From: Selaginella moellendorffii
Lineage: Eukaryota; Plantae; Lycopodiophyta
Assembly (NCBI RefSeq): GCF_000143415.4
Contig: NW_003314288.1
Location: 1,770,672-1,834,671, forward strand
Length of the DNA stretch: 64,000 nucleotides
Direction: 5' to 3'
Shown: positions 25,920 through 39,197 of the stretch, one piece after another
Numbering within the stretch: the stretch's first letter is position 1
Layout: each line of letters opens with the position of its first letter
Notes under the pieces: generated by a model
The model's database searches: none
What the model saw: the letters and a program-made list of their open reading frames with translations, nothing else
What the model was told of the DNA's origin: nothing
Program-made: the position numbers and the translations under genes

Positions 25920-26469
25920 ATGGCTGCTGGAGGAGGAGGTCGGGGTAAATCCGCCGGGAAGAAGGCTACTTCGAGGAGTTCCAAGGCCGGATTGCAGTTT
26001 CCAGTGGGTAGGATCGCCAGATTTCTCAAGGCGGGCAAGTATGCCGAGCGTGTTGGTGCTGGAGCGCCAGTCTATCTCGCCGCGGTTCTCGAGTACTTGG
26101 CGGCAGAGGTGAGTGAAATCTCTCGTGTTCTCCCCTCCCTATTTCATTCTTTTCCATGTCTCGAATCAATCGCGCTGAAATTCTTCCCTGTTTCATTCTT
26201 TTGAATCAATCGTGCTGATTGGGTCACTCCATCTCCATCTCCAGGTGCTCGAATTGGCCGGGAATGCGGCCAGGGATAACAAGAAGAACAGGATTGTTCC
26301 ACGGCATATCCAGCTCGCCGTGAGGAACGACGAAGAACTCTCCAAGCTCTTGGGCAGCGTCACTATTGCTGCTGGCGGCGTGCTGCCCAACATCCACAAT
26401 GTCTTGCTACCGAAGAAGACTGGCACTGGGAGCTCCAAGAAGGACGCCGCCGGAGACGAGAGCCCCTAA
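25920..26469 (+). CDS. H2A: Histone H2A (canonical type); intron 26109-26244
   Basis: [35 protein letters not shown]...[14 protein letters not shown]...LLPKK; no SQEF or KSPKK tail. Confidence 0.97.
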
Positions 26470-26711
26470 ATCGATGGGAAGTTCGATCGATTCGGTCGAA
26501 CTGGCACGAAGAACCCTAAAAATTCTCTTCACGTGTACATTAACTTGTACGGTAGGAAATGCCGTAATTATTCTCCGTCCCTGTCTGACGCGTCTTGGAA
26601 ATCTGACGTGGAATGCTGACTGCGCATCTCCTTTGTTCTTATGCCATTTCCAGAGCTCTTTGCTCTGCCGATTTGATTCGAGGTTGCGTTTGCTTCTCTT
26701 TTGGCTCTGCT

Positions 26712-28011
26712 ATGGCGATGGTGTTCTTATTCGTGATCTTGTGCTGGATCGCGGGGAATGGTGCCGCGGTGGCGGCCGCGCGCGCCATGTTTGTGTTTGG
26801 CGACTCCCTTGTCGATGCTGGAACCAATGTGTTCATCGCTGGAGTGCCCAACGCGGCGAATTTCGATCCCTACGGCGAGACATTCTTCCACAAGCCCACT
26901 GGGCGGTTCAGCAACGGGAAAATAGTTCCAGATTTCTTGGGTGCGCAAGAATTTTCTTTAGTTTGTCTATAGAAATTCTTGACTTTGATTTGGTTGAGCG
27001 CAGCTGGATTGCTGGGACTCGCACTGCTGCCACCGTTTCTCAAGCCAGGATCGAATTTCTCGCAAGGGGCGAACTTTGCATCGTCCGGGAGTGGGATCTC
27101 GAACAATCCAGACAATGTTGGTGATTGATTGAGAGAGGGATCTTGGATTTTCGTTTTGATTCCTGGATCGTTTCTGCAGGATCTCATCCCTCTAAATGCC
27201 CAAGTCCGGCAATTCCAGGAGTTTGTGAAGAGACGCAAACCTAGGGAGCTCTCTATCCCGGCTTCCATCTTCTTGCTTGTCACTGGCAGCAATGATCTTC
27301 TGGGAGGATACCTCCTAAATGGATCCGCCCAGCAGGCTTTCAACCCCCAGCAATACGTCGATCTCCTCCTCGGCGAGTACCAAAAATCTCTGCTGGTAAG
27401 GAAAAGAGCAAGGATTGGGATCATCGGTTCAATCGACACAAAAGAGCTCTTAAATTCTTGCTTTGATCGAGCAGGCTTTGCATCAATCCGGTGCCAGGAA
27501 GATCGTCATCACTGGAATCGGGCCTCTGGGATGCACGCCGTCGCTGCGATTACTCCAGGAGATCACCAACAATGCCACCGGCTGCTTGGAGGAATCAAAC
27601 CAGCTCGCGCTGGCATTCAACACGAAGCTGGCGCAGCTCTTCCAGGAGCTAACGAAGAATCTCACGGACGCGAAGATCATCCTCGTCAAGCCCTACGATT
27701 TCTTCCTCGACATGATCAACAATGGCACGAAATACGGTAGGATTTCGAGGAAATTGGATCGATCGAGAGATTTTTCTTTCTTTATCGCAGGATTTGAGGA
27801 GACGCAGAAGAACTGCTGTGGCGGTGGAGCATACAATGCGATGATTCCTTGCGGACGCGATGCGCCATTCCTGTGCCACGTCCCATCCAAGTACCTCTTC
27901 TGGGATTTCCATCCCACACACCAGGCGGCGCGATTCATCAGCGACCAGGTCTGGGGCGGAGCTCCCGCGTTCGTGGAGCCTCTCAATCTAAGAGCTCTAG
28001 CTCAAATTTAA
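26712..28011 (+). CDS. GDSL esterase/lipase
   Basis: Signal peptide; [44 protein letters not shown]; 5 exons. Confidence 0.93.
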
Positions 28012-28060
28012 ATCCCAAGTTCTTGGCGCCAAAAGTTCTCGCGGCATTCTTCATGGGTGG

Positions 28061-30214
28061 ATGGATCGCAGGGAATGCATCAAGCTCCTCGATTCGTGCA
28101 CGGATCTCGCCGCCGCGGACAAGCTCGACGCCCACGTCCGCGCTCGCTACGGCGATGCCGATCGATTCCTGGCCAACAAGCGCCTGGAGATGTTTGGGCG
28201 GTGCGGGAGCACTGGCAGGGCGCGGGAGATTCTCGACGGCATCGCCCTGGGCGACAGGGATTGCTTCTCGTGGGATCTCATGCTCTCCGCATATGCCAAG
28301 AATGGACAGATCGATGCCGCCACACAGCTCTTCCGTGAGATGCACGGCACGACGATCGTCTCGTGGAACACGATGCTCGCCGCATATTCCCGAGATCTTA
28401 GCCGGGCCATCGCCGTATTCGATTCCATGCCGGAGAGGAATCTTATCTCGTGGAACTCCATGCTCGCGGCATATGCCCAGAACGGGCATATTCTTGAGGC
28501 AAGGTTGGTGTTCGATTCTATGCCCCTTCGCAGCCTAGTTTCGTGGACAACTTTGTTAAAGTCTTACACGCTAATCGCTAAGATCGATCTGGCAAAGATT
28601 TTTTTTGACGAGATGCCTGAAAGGGATCTGGTCTCCACGACCGCGATGCTCAACGCATATGCCCAAAGCGGGGATCTGGAAGATGCCAAGAAAGTATTCC
28701 AGGAATCTTCTCGGCACAACCTTGTGCTCCTTACTGCGATGGTGGCGGCCTACGCGCACGGCACCCGGCTGGAAGATGCCAAGAGGATATTCGACTGGAT
28801 GCCCGAAAGGAATGTGGTGACGTGGAATGCGATGCTGTCCGGATTTGCCCAGAACCAACGACTGGATGCCGCGCGGAGGCTGTTCCAGCAGATGCCCGAG
28901 CGCGATGTGGCCACGTGGAATGCCATGCTGGCGGGGTATGCCCAGAACGGCCACTTGGAGGATGCCAAGTGGATGTTTGACTCGATGCCGCTGCGGAATA
29001 TTACGACGGCAAATGCCATGCTGGCTGCGTATGTACAAAGCGACCGAATCGAAGAGGCTAGGCATCTTTATAGATCCATGGAGGAGAGGAATCTAATTTC
29101 TTCGAATATTATGCTTACCACATATGCCCAATCGGGGCAAATGTACGAAGCGGAAACAATCTTTGATTCATTGCCGGAAGTCAACGTTATTTCGTCGACC
29201 TGTATGATAGGAGCTTATTCTTCAAACAGTCATGTTGACCGTGCGAAGACAATGTTTGACCAGATTCCACACAAGAATATTGCTTGTTGGAATTCGATGC
29301 TCGCTGCATATACCGAAAATGGGCAATTAGAACGAGCGAAACTTTTCTTTGATTCCATGCCTGAGAAGAACTTGATCTCGTCAACAACATTGTTGGCAGC
29401 GTTCTCGCAAAACGGCCATATTGAGGCCGCCAAAACCTTGTTTGAAAGTTCGCCCCAGAGAGATCTGATCTTGTCAACTGCAATGCTTTCAGCCTATGCC
29501 CAGAACGGGCATCTAGGAGATGCCTGCGATCTCATCACTAGTATGCCCGAGACGAACCTCATCTCCCAGACAGTGATGCTAATCGTCTACGCCCAGAGAG
29601 GTTTCTTCAACCACGCCAGGCAAATGTTCATCCGGATGCCACAACGGAGCCTCATTACCTGGAACACGATGCTGTGGGTATTCTCCCTCAACCGCGATCT
29701 TGCCAGCGCAAAGGAGCTCTTCGATTCAATGCCCGAGCGAGACCTCGTCTCGTTTAACTCGATCCTCGCCGCGTTTGCCACCTCGAGCCAGGACTCTGGA
29801 GTCGCAGCGACGGAAGCTTTCCACAGTCTCCTAGCGGTGGAATCCCCGGACTCCATGTCCTTCGTGCTCGCGCTGCTCGCTCGCAGCCACACTGGCGGGA
29901 CTGAGTCCGCGAGGAGCTCCTTCGTCTCGATGATCTACGACTTTGGGCTGGCCCCGACCAAGCAGCACTACAACAGTATGATCAATCTGCTGGGCCGGGC
30001 AGGGCATCTGGAGCGAGCGCTGGATCTCGTCGCGAGCATGCCGTTTGTGGCCGACGCCATGGATTGGAGATCCCTGCTTGGATCGTGTAGCAGCGGTGGT
30101 GCTACTATCAAAGGCAATCGCGATGTTCCAACGAGCGCTCTTGGTTTGGAACCCAAAGACGGTGCGTCCTACGTCTTGCTCGCCAACATTCTTTCGAATG
30201 GTAATATGCCTTGA
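28061..30214 (+). CDS. PLS-class pentatricopeptide repeat protein with E region and no DYW domain
   Basis: 717-aa intronless ORF of tandem ~31-aa MPERN..SW..ML.AYAQNG units ending HYNSMINLLGRAG...LEPKDGASYVLLAN. Confidence 0.93.
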   Translation: MDRRECIKLLDSCTDLAAADKLDAHVRARYGDADRFLANKRLEMFGRCGSTGRAREILDGIALGDRDCFSWDLMLSAYAKNGQIDAATQLFREMHGTTIVSWNTMLAAYSRDLSRAIAVFDSMPERNLISWNSMLAAYAQNGHILEARLVFDSMPLRSLVSWTTLLKSYTLIAKIDLAKIFFDEMPERDLVSTTAMLNAYAQSGDLEDAKKVFQESSRHNLVLLTAMVAAYAHGTRLEDAKRIFDWMPERNVVTWNAMLSGFAQNQRLDAARRLFQQMPERDVATWNAMLAGYAQNGHLEDAKWMFDSMPLRNITTANAMLAAYVQSDRIEEARHLYRSMEERNLISSNIMLTTYAQSGQMYEAETIFDSLPEVNVISSTCMIGAYSSNSHVDRAKTMFDQIPHKNIACWNSMLAAYTENGQLERAKLFFDSMPEKNLISSTTLLAAFSQNGHIEAAKTLFESSPQRDLILSTAMLSAYAQNGHLGDACDLITSMPETNLISQTVMLIVYAQRGFFNHARQMFIRMPQRSLITWNTMLWVFSLNRDLASAKELFDSMPERDLVSFNSILAAFATSSQDSGVAATEAFHSLLAVESPDSMSFVLALLARSHTGGTESARSSFVSMIYDFGLAPTKQHYNSMINLLGRAGHLERALDLVASMPFVADAMDWRSLLGSCSSGGATIKGNRDVPTSALGLEPKDGASYVLLANILSNGNMP

Positions 30215-30312
30215 ACGTGGGGCTTTTACTTTAGGGCTGACTTGGCACACCATTTGGTCAAAACAGGCTAGATTTAGGGTGTGTTGAGCTCACATTTTCT
30301 CTCGCCTCCTGA

Positions 30313-32049
30313 ATGGAGGAAGAGCGCGTCTTCACCCTGGACGACGCGATCGAGTCGTTAGGGTTTGGGCGATTCCAGTGCTTGATCCTCGTCTACGCAG
30401 GTATGTCGTGGATGGCGGAGGCGATGGAGATGATGCTCCTGTCCTTCGTCGGCCCGGCCGTGGAGCAGCTCTGGGATTTGTCCCCGCGGCAAGAGAGCGC
30501 CATCTCCAGCGTCGTCTTCGCGGGGATGATGATCGGGGCTTACTCGTGGGGTGTGCTGTCCGATTCCAAAGGAAGGAGGTATGATTTCTTCAGAAAAAAC
30601 TATTTTTTCCATAGTTTTGGAGCTAAGATCCGTGGCACAGGATTGGCTTCTTTGCGACAGCCGTGATTACCTTCATTGCCGGATTCTTGAGCTCCTTCGC
30701 TCCAAATTACTACGCGCTGCTCTTCCTGCGAGCTCTGGTTGGGATCGGGCTTGGCGGCGGCCCGGTGGTGTCGTCGTGGTTCATGGAGTTTGTTCCAGCT
30801 CCAAACCGCGGGACTTTGATGGTGATCTTCTCGGTCTTCTGGACGCTTGGCTCGATCCTGGAGGCCATTCTAGCTTGGGTACGCGTAAGTAATTTATCTC
30901 GCGCTTTTTCTCACCATCTTTCTTTTTCCCTTTCGTTTTTTTTCTATTCTTTGAGACTATAATGCCGAGGCTGGGATGGAGATGGCTGCTGGGAGTTTCG
31001 TCCACCCCGCTCCTTTTCCTACTGATCTTCTATCCTTTGGTACCAGAGTCACCGAGATACTATGCGGCAAAAGGAGACACCGCCAGCGCGCTGGCTATTC
31101 TCAAGAAAATGGCCGCTGCAAACAAGCTGGAGCTTCCGCAGGGGAGATTTGTTTGCTCCGGTGACAAGCACGACGAGGAGGGGGTGGAGCTGGAAGCCAC
31201 GCAGCTCCTGTGTGAAAAAACTCCCACTCCCGGCAGCAACGCAGTGATCGCGGCGAAAGACCCCCCGATCCAGTTCTTCTCCAAGTTTGCGGTGCTTTTC
31301 TCGCCTCCACTGCTGCGATCCACCATACTTCTCTGGTTGGTTTTCTTTGCAAACGCTTTTACTTATTACGGGCTGGTTTTGCTGGCGTCGCAGCTGAGCA
31401 GCCAGCAGACGAGGTGTAAGCTCGCCTCCCCCGCGAGAAAAAATTCGCCGCTCCTTCACTCCGGCGACTCCAAAGATCCAGTTTTTCGAGATGTTTTGAT
31501 AACAAGCTGTGCTGGTAAGTTCGTCTCAAAGCTCTTGCGGTTTTGATCTTACGTTGTTTCTCTCCAGAGCTTCCTGGACTGATGATCGCGGCAGCAATGG
31601 TCGACTATTATGGCCGGAAGGTGTCCATGGCGGTCCTGTTTATTTTCTGTGGCCTCTTCTTATCGCCGCTGGTTAGTCCCCAACCGGAAGGCGTCACTAC
31701 GTTCCTCTTGTTTGGAGCTCGAGCTTGTATCATGGGCTCCTTCACCATCTTATACGTATACGCGCCGGAGGTGAGCTTGTATTGTAACTTTACGTTGGAT
31801 CATCACTGATCATGTTCTTCTTTCGTGAAGGTTTATCCAACTTCGTCTAGAACAACGGGCTTGGGCACCGCAAACTCTTTCGCCAGGATCGGAGGCATTC
31901 TGTGTCCCCTGGTAGCCGTGGCGCTTGTAAGGACGTGCCACCACTCCCTCGCCATTATGCTCTTCACGCTCGTCTCTGCCATGGCAGCTGCGTTGATCTT
32001 CTCGTTTCCAATCGAAACAAAAGGGAGAGCTCTCACCGATGTTGTTTGA
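30313..32049 (+). CDS. MFS transporter, organic cation/carnitine transporter 7 (SVOP/NiaP)-like
   Basis: GFGRFQ..., AEAMEMMLLSF, SDSKGRR, PESPRY, YAPEVYPT..RTTG.G.A...ARIGG, FPIETKGR; multiple transmembrane helices. Confidence 0.92.
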
Positions 32050-32254
32050 GGTCTTCTGGAGCTCCAGCCCCTTGTATACTTCTCGATTCGTTTGTTTGAA
32101 TAAAATAATTTCTCTTAATTCACCATAGATTTGAATCTTTTTTTAACTTCCAGCAAAAATGTCGATTCTGTGATCAAACATATTGACTTCTATCTTTTCT
32201 TTTTTGGTATTTCTAGCGGGACTCCATGGAAAGCATGAAAACCAGAGAGAAGAA

Positions 32255-32679
32255 ATGCTCTGGATCATCCTGTTGCTGATCTTACCACCTTCCCACTTAT
32301 GTAGATTTCTAATTGTGATAAAACTTTTCAAACTTCATGCTTGAAACAGGCTAGCTGTGGATCATTTTCAACAAGTTGCTCAAGCTACAAGTACTACAAG
32401 TCAGGTTTTTTGAGAGCTCGCTGCAAGTGGAGCTATGGATGGCCAAAGAAAGCGTATATCAACCTTAACGATTACATTGGCAACGATGATAATTACCTAC
32501 GAGATTTCTCTTCCACTTGCCGCGGCATGAGGATCGTCACTGTCGAAGTCTATGGAGAAGGCAGGTATGTTGATCTTGCTGGGTGGTGCAAAGGATACGA
32601 TCAAAAGGATCGCTGGACCGCTTTTTCTCTCGACTCTCACCTAGCAAACAACAACGGTTACCTTGAATGGTGTTACTAA
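32255..32679 (+). CDS. Cyanovirin-N homolog (CVNH) lectin with a probable signal-peptide exon
   Basis: Two internal CV-N repeats: FSTSC...LRARC...INLNDYIGNDD.YL and FSSTCR...LAGWC...SLDSHLANNNGYL; upstream MLWIILLLIL segment. The exon 1 junction is uncertain. Confidence 0.8.
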
Positions 32680-32726
32680 TTAAAAAAAAAAAAAAAACGA
32701 TTTTCGTTTACCTTCACACATGGAAG

Positions 32727-35700
32727 TCAGGAAGAAACGCAGCTTAGAAGCTGCTCACAGAGCTTGCGGACTTCCGGCGAGGGGTCTGCCCTGGAAACTC
32801 TGGAGAGAACTTGCAAAGCATTCACCAGTGAGGAACCGCCTTCCTTGAGAATGGATTCGTGCACAAGGAGCGCAGCGAGCAGCTTCACGCCAGCCAGCCT
32901 CTCCTATAGGAACAGAAGGGGATTTCGGGAGCTTTTGAGAGTAACGAGATTTACTTTTGCTACCTCGTCTGCCGCTTTGTCGTTGTTCAGGCTATCGAGG
33001 GAGATATCGAGCAAAGTCTTTGCGTATGCGGGCAATGATGCTGCTTCCTTGAGGTTACAGACCGCACTAAACAGCACCTGAACGCACGCGGCTCTTACTA
33101 TAGATTCGCTTTCCCTCTGCAAGTAAGAGTCCCGTTAGAACAAGATTTCCAATTCAAGTTCCAACCTTAAGCAGCGCTGAGACCACCGGAATAACTGACA
33201 AGAATGCGTCATGAGAGCTGGCTGTTATCTTGGAGGAGGAACTTATAAGGACGTTTGCCATGCACACTCTAAAACTGACCGGAGCAGCAACACAAGTGGC
33301 GTCCTGGATACTAACCGAGCTGCAAAAATCTGCTGGCGACGTGCCACACAACGTCGCTATGGCATACGGTCGATTTTGCAGGCAAGACATAACGCCATTT
33401 ATAACTCGCTCTACCTTATTTCCTTCATCTGCAAAACGATAATTAGAATGAAAGGAACTTCTTCCATCTTTCGTACCTTTGTCGATCATCTGAATCATTG
33501 AGGTGTTAAACTCGGCACGGATCATAAAAGCAAAAGAATCGATACAGCCATGTTGTGCCTTCTGGACTTCTGCAGATGATGCAAAGTCAACATTTGTTTT
33601 TCTGGTATAAACTAGAGCACTTATATACCTTCTGAATTTGTAGGCCAGAGCAACATTGTTGTAAGGAGAGCTTTGATTTGCCCCATTACGTCATTGGAAA
33701 GGTTCTGGCAACCCCTCGTCTGCGTAGAAGCACGTTAGATTAATACTGTCTACAAGACTAAAAAAGAGTCCAATACCATAAGTGAGCTGCAGATTGAATA
33801 CAAGCACGACTTAACTGCCACTATATCCATATTGTTCATAGCGATTCTTAATATATCAATCACCAGCGGGAGCAGTACCTGAAAGGAAACAAGTTATCAT
33901 TTTAGACAGTGAGGTGAATACACTTGCCTCAGGAAGAAGACGTCCACTTAATTCGGCTGAAAGCTTCCGCACATCATCGAATTCGGAGGTACACATCCTG
34001 TTAGACGTAAGAATGAGAAATGGTCGCACGTTGGTAAAGACAATACCATTCAATCAGCATGCCTGTTATGGAGGAGCTTAGTGGCAATCCTGTGCGAGAC
34101 AGTAAGTTAGTAAAACAAGAAACAACAAATGATCATAAAGCTTGCCTTGTAGAGGCGCGTATAGCTCTTCACATTCGATTGCATCATAAGCTCTCAAAGG
34201 CAGTAGCTTCAACACAAGCAGTGGACTAAGATTCCGAAAGAGATTTTGATCGCCTACGTCCTTCTTGTTGCTGCATACAAAAGCAACACGAGTATGTCGC
34301 GTGCTCTTTCTTTTTCTTGACTGAACTTACGTGGAAACCTCCAACATTTCTTGAAGCGTGCGCGCGAAAACGAGTTGGTGCACATCAGCCAAGTGGCTAC
34401 TGATTTCACTCAGAAACCTTGGAAGCAAAGGATTTGATGGATCACTGAACATCTTCTCAAGGAGGAAAATAGCCAAAACGTTCCAGTTTTTCACCTGTTC
34501 CAAGGTATTGTTTTAAACCATAAGCCAATACAGTATCTGGCACTTACCGAAGGAGCCCAAGATGGCAGAAGACTCATTATTTGATCAATATCTAGCATAA
34601 AAAGGAAGCTTTAGTGCTTTAGTGAAGAAACTAAAAAAATAACCTGTTTTTATGGTGAGGACACTCGTTCCACCTTCTCCAGCTCGAGAAGCTAAAGAAA
34701 GATTTCTGAAAAACCACAGCCATGTAAGCCATCAGAAAAATTCGGCTAATGCACTCACCGAACACAGTCCAGGAGGACAGACACTGCTTGCCGTTGATCC
34801 GAATTGTGTTCTAAAATGGCAAGAAGCGTTGAACGTGCAAAATGTTGAGCTTTCTGATCGGGATCGTATAGAAGTTGGATAAGAGAAGGCATTACAACTG
34901 ATGGATCTGGGTATCATAGTGCAGTAGAAGTAAATTAGACGTTAATTTTCAAGTGATACGTGCTTACCAAGTTTTACAAACAACGCTGAGGCACTAGTAC
35001 GATCCATGAGTACCCCATCGTGGACGCGCTTCAACAAATGAGTTGCAAGAATATGACTGTCAAAGCGGATAGATAAACGCAAGTAGTTGATGTGATACTT
35101 TCGAACCTTAGAGACGAAGTGTTCAAAGCTTTTGAGTCGCAAACTCTTTGCACTAGTGTTTCAAGGATGTCAATACCGTTTTGTCGCCGACAGAGATTTT
35201 CCGAATCAATCAGAAGAAACACTCTTTGTAAATCTGGCGATGGATGGCTAAAACTGTTAAGAAGGAACCATGGATGCTAACAAATGCCAACACAGGATAC
35301 AGTAGAAAATACTCTGCAACAAAGTTGACGGTCGTGGTTGAGGGCCTTTCGTTTCTGTAGAAAGCCTCCATTAAACTCTTCTCAAATGTGACCATAAAAT
35401 CTTTGCTCGTCTTCTCGGTGTTTATGAATTTGGACAGAAGAAACCTCAATATCGCAACTGCAATAACCACGGTTTCTTTCTCGTTTCTAGATAGCTGCGT
35501 AAATGTTAAGACCACATCAGGAAAATAAAATTGATTTTTACCATGCACAAAAGAAGTCGTGACAATTCTCCATCATCAAGCGATAGGGAATCAAGTTTGT
35601 CAGCGTCCAGATGTCCAAGTAAAAGAGCGAGGCACGTCAGAAAATAGCAACGCATCTTAGACCAGCTTTTTTCGCTTTCACGATCCCCATCTGGCATATG

Positions 35701-36955
35701 GTGCTTTACAAGTGATAGAACCACTAACATCAAGCTAAAAGTCAATGCTTTTATCACGACGAAAGTACCTGTAGCCCCGTCAAAAATCTTTGAAAACTCT
35801 GAGATGGAAAAGATGCTGTGTGTGCATCGGAAATCAAAAGGCTGCTGTATTCTTTCCAGCATAATCTCAGCACGGAGCTCGAAAGGAATTTATCTGCAAA
35901 AACTTGAGCATGTCAGCGCTTGTAAAAGTAAAACTGGCTCTGACCTTCACTTGCTGCAATTTGACGAAGATGATTTTGGACCTGCATCAATCCGGCTGCA
36001 TACAACAGACGTGTGTCGCAATTCCACTTCGAAAGAATAAAGTGAAACAAAAAGGTTCTCAAAGTAGTGTACAAGCATTGTACCTGGTAGAGCTCAGAGA
36101 CGAGAGCCAATATTTTGTCCCGTTGATCCCAGAGACTAGTATCCAGATTCGTGTCTTGTGCGCAGGCGAGAAACTTGGTGATTCCCAGCGCACAATCCGC
36201 AGCTGCAATCGTAAGTCGTGTGGGAAGTATCTTATTCCCGTCCTTGACACTGAAATATCAGCATAGATAACGCAACTTATCGAAACTAAATCGGACCTGG
36301 CGTCACGAACTAGTCCAACAAGGTGAGGCACGCACGTTGAGAATATCGTCGCAGACTGGAATTCCCTCGACGCCAACTCTGAGATTAGATGCCGCATGTA
36401 AGTCAAAAGCCCAATCTTTTCTTTCCGCGGATTCATACCTCGTTGTCCCGAAATGTTATCTAGCAGCTCTTTGACGACCAAACAGCTCCCTAACTTGATA
36501 TGGCGATCAAACTCCGTGGAGCATATTAAGAGCGTGAGAGTCTTCACAACTGGATTCCAGGCTTCGTCTTTTCGAAACAGCCATTGAATTATAAGAAGGG
36601 CCTTCTTCCGGTTCTTAGGCTGGTATTCGGAAGGAAGAAAAAAAAAAATGAGAACCATAAACGAGAGAGAGAGAAAAAAAAACTTACGTCTCTTAGCAGA
36701 GTAACACAAATCTTCACAATTGTTCCCTCGTCGTTGGAGAGACATTTCACGTGTTCTAACAAATAAATCAAGCGCTGATTCGTGCCTATACATTCAATGC
36801 AAATCAATCTCCTCTAGAAAGAAAAAATAGAAGAACTTACTGCTGGAAAACCCCGGCAAGCAAGCGCGATTAATCTCGCGCTTATCTGCCAGCATTAAGC
36901 CGCCTAGAACAGATCCAAGCGATGGAAGCTGGGAATTCGCGGTGCTGAGCTCCAT
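32727..36955 (-). CDS. Conserved plant ARM/HEAT-repeat protein, multi-exon
   Basis: Chain of minus-strand exons with GT-AG introns; KKALLIIQWLF...DRHIKLGSCLVVKEL near the N-terminus and ...DPSPEVRKLCEQLL at the C-terminus resemble an uncharacterised ARM-repeat family. Confidence 0.65.
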
Positions 36956-39197
36956 CGCATCGCTACCGGATTCGCTAAAACCCTAAATCGCCCTAAAAAC
37001 TCAAATAGATCCCGAATATCCCGTTGACAACATAAAACTTAAAAGCAGCCGTTGGATCTGGCGCGCAAGAGATCGATCGTTTTTCGTACCGCGTACGGCC
37101 CGCGTGTTTGTTACACATCACAATGTCCCGCATGCAGGAAAGCGGGGATCGCTTTCGGTTTTTCATGCCGGATTTGTGCTCGAGCAAGCGATCCTGCAAA
37201 GCAAGGGAGGAAAAAAAAAGTGGTGAGTGGTGAGCTACGATACGAAGATCAAATGTGAGAATTACCAGGCCTCGCAGCGCCACCAAAGTTGTGTGACTCA
37301 ATCTAACGATACCAATTATGGACAATCATTCCAACGATGATAAAAGGAGCGGAGAAACTAGCCTGGCGCAAGGATCACGAGAGAAAACGATCAATCACAG
37401 CGCTAGGAACGCTACTAGCACAATAAATTCCAGCGAAGAAGGAAACGAAAACGAATGGATTCCTTACAGACCTCGCTGGATGGAGGGAGGGACCGCTTGC
37501 TAGCTTGGAGTGGTAGAGGCGGTCGATCGACGACTTTGATTGTTAGGTGCCTCCCAGCTCGATCTACAATTCTTGTGAGTGTACATCGGAAACGAGAGAG
37601 AGAGAGAGAGAGAGCAAAAAGGAGAAACCAACGAGATCATACCTGGTCTTTAGGAGAAAACTTTCTCGGCCTTCTTTGAACGCTTGTACTCCCGAGGCAC
37701 AACCGTGCAAGATCCTGCCATTTTTAAAATGGTAAAGCCCGGCCTCATCCCAAGCGTGTTGAAACCATCCCTCGGATTGACTCGAGTTTCTCCTTTCCAA
37801 TGATTTTTGACGGCGACGCTGCTACCAAGAACCTGTAATGCCTCCGGAGAGTGACTCTCTGATGCTTTGGTTTAGTCTGCCTCTGCCAGCCACTTGTTCC
37901 TCGTCTTCTCGCAGCTTTTTCCGTTGCCAGTCGAGATCGTAGGCTGTGTTGCGTCACAGAAATACTCGAGTTGGACAAGTTTGGTGAAGAACATGATGCC
38001 AGTCCATAATCCCGCGGGTACGATACTACTACTTTTTGTTCGTCGTAGAGCTTCTCGGCGGGACGAGATGATTAATTTGCATGCCGCCGCAACGACACCG
38101 ATGCTCTACTCCCTGTTCAGTACAGAAAGGAGATTAGTTTAGCTTCAAGATGAACGCGCAAAGCTCTCTCAAGCGAGTAATGCACATCAAACGAAGCGAT
38201 CACTTGACAGATGCCCTTTAGAAAATGATGTTGATATTGGCCCAGTGCGGAGGCTCGCAAAAGCAAAGCCACTTGACTCCGCAACCCCCAAAATTCCCTT
38301 GAGATCAAAGACGTCTTACACGACAGTACGTTTCTATTCAGATCGAACGACGACTCTCAGTGCGAAGACAGAAACGTGTAACTTGGAGGAAAATTCTCGC
38401 AACACTGAGATGAGCAGCTCAGCAAAAGGGATACGACGAAAGACCGAGACTAAGATGCCAAAGAATGCGTCTCCAACAAGCATAAAAACCTCTCTAAGCA
38501 CACACACACAATTAAGCATGACGGATGTATGACGTACCCCGTGTAAGCGCTCGTCGTTAACTTGGTATGGCAGGGGCTGCGACAATTACTGTACCAGCCA
38601 GTCCTCGCTCCGTGCCTCCTAGAAAGCCAGCACATAGCGGACTACACTTATAGCCTCCTATGTGCATGGTCTTCCCTGTCTAGGAGTTGTAATCCCCGCT
38701 GGTGCTGGAGATTGTCGATATCATCTGCCAGTCGGGATGAAAAATAAGAGCCAGTCACCGACGCATTCCCACCATGAAGCTCACCTCACTCGCAGGGAAT
38801 AAAGATCAAGCTCGAAGCGGAAGAAAACGAGGTGGCCCTGCATACCCCGGCGTACTACTTGGCGTGCAACCGAGTTCGTTGCTACCGTGCACCGGAACAA
38901 AAAGGACGGCTTTAAACGGAACGGAGGAACCCCTCGGTCGCTATATAATGTTGAATGCCTCTCGTTGTCTTCTTCCAGAGAGGCCCTTCATTCCAGCAAA
39001 CCGGAAGCAAGAGGTGACAACATTCTTCTCCTTCGTTTTGTCGCCATCGTCGGCGTCGAGATGAGCTAGCATCAGGAGCAAGGTACCTGGGAAAAAAAAT
39101 TGAGAAGAAGAAAACGAGAGAAAATCTTCTTGCCTTGTCTTCGATTTCTCCACATACTCCTCGTCGCCGTCTCGTGGTCGGGTGAAGGAGGATCAAA

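Noticed and set aside
25920-26469. H2A.X or H2A.W variant
   Set aside because: The C-terminus lacks SQ(E/D)F and KSPKK motifs.
37000-39190. Short ORFs upstream of the bHLH gene
   Set aside because: No recognisable motifs; a GA repeat and splice-like signals suggest promoter and 5' UTR sequence.
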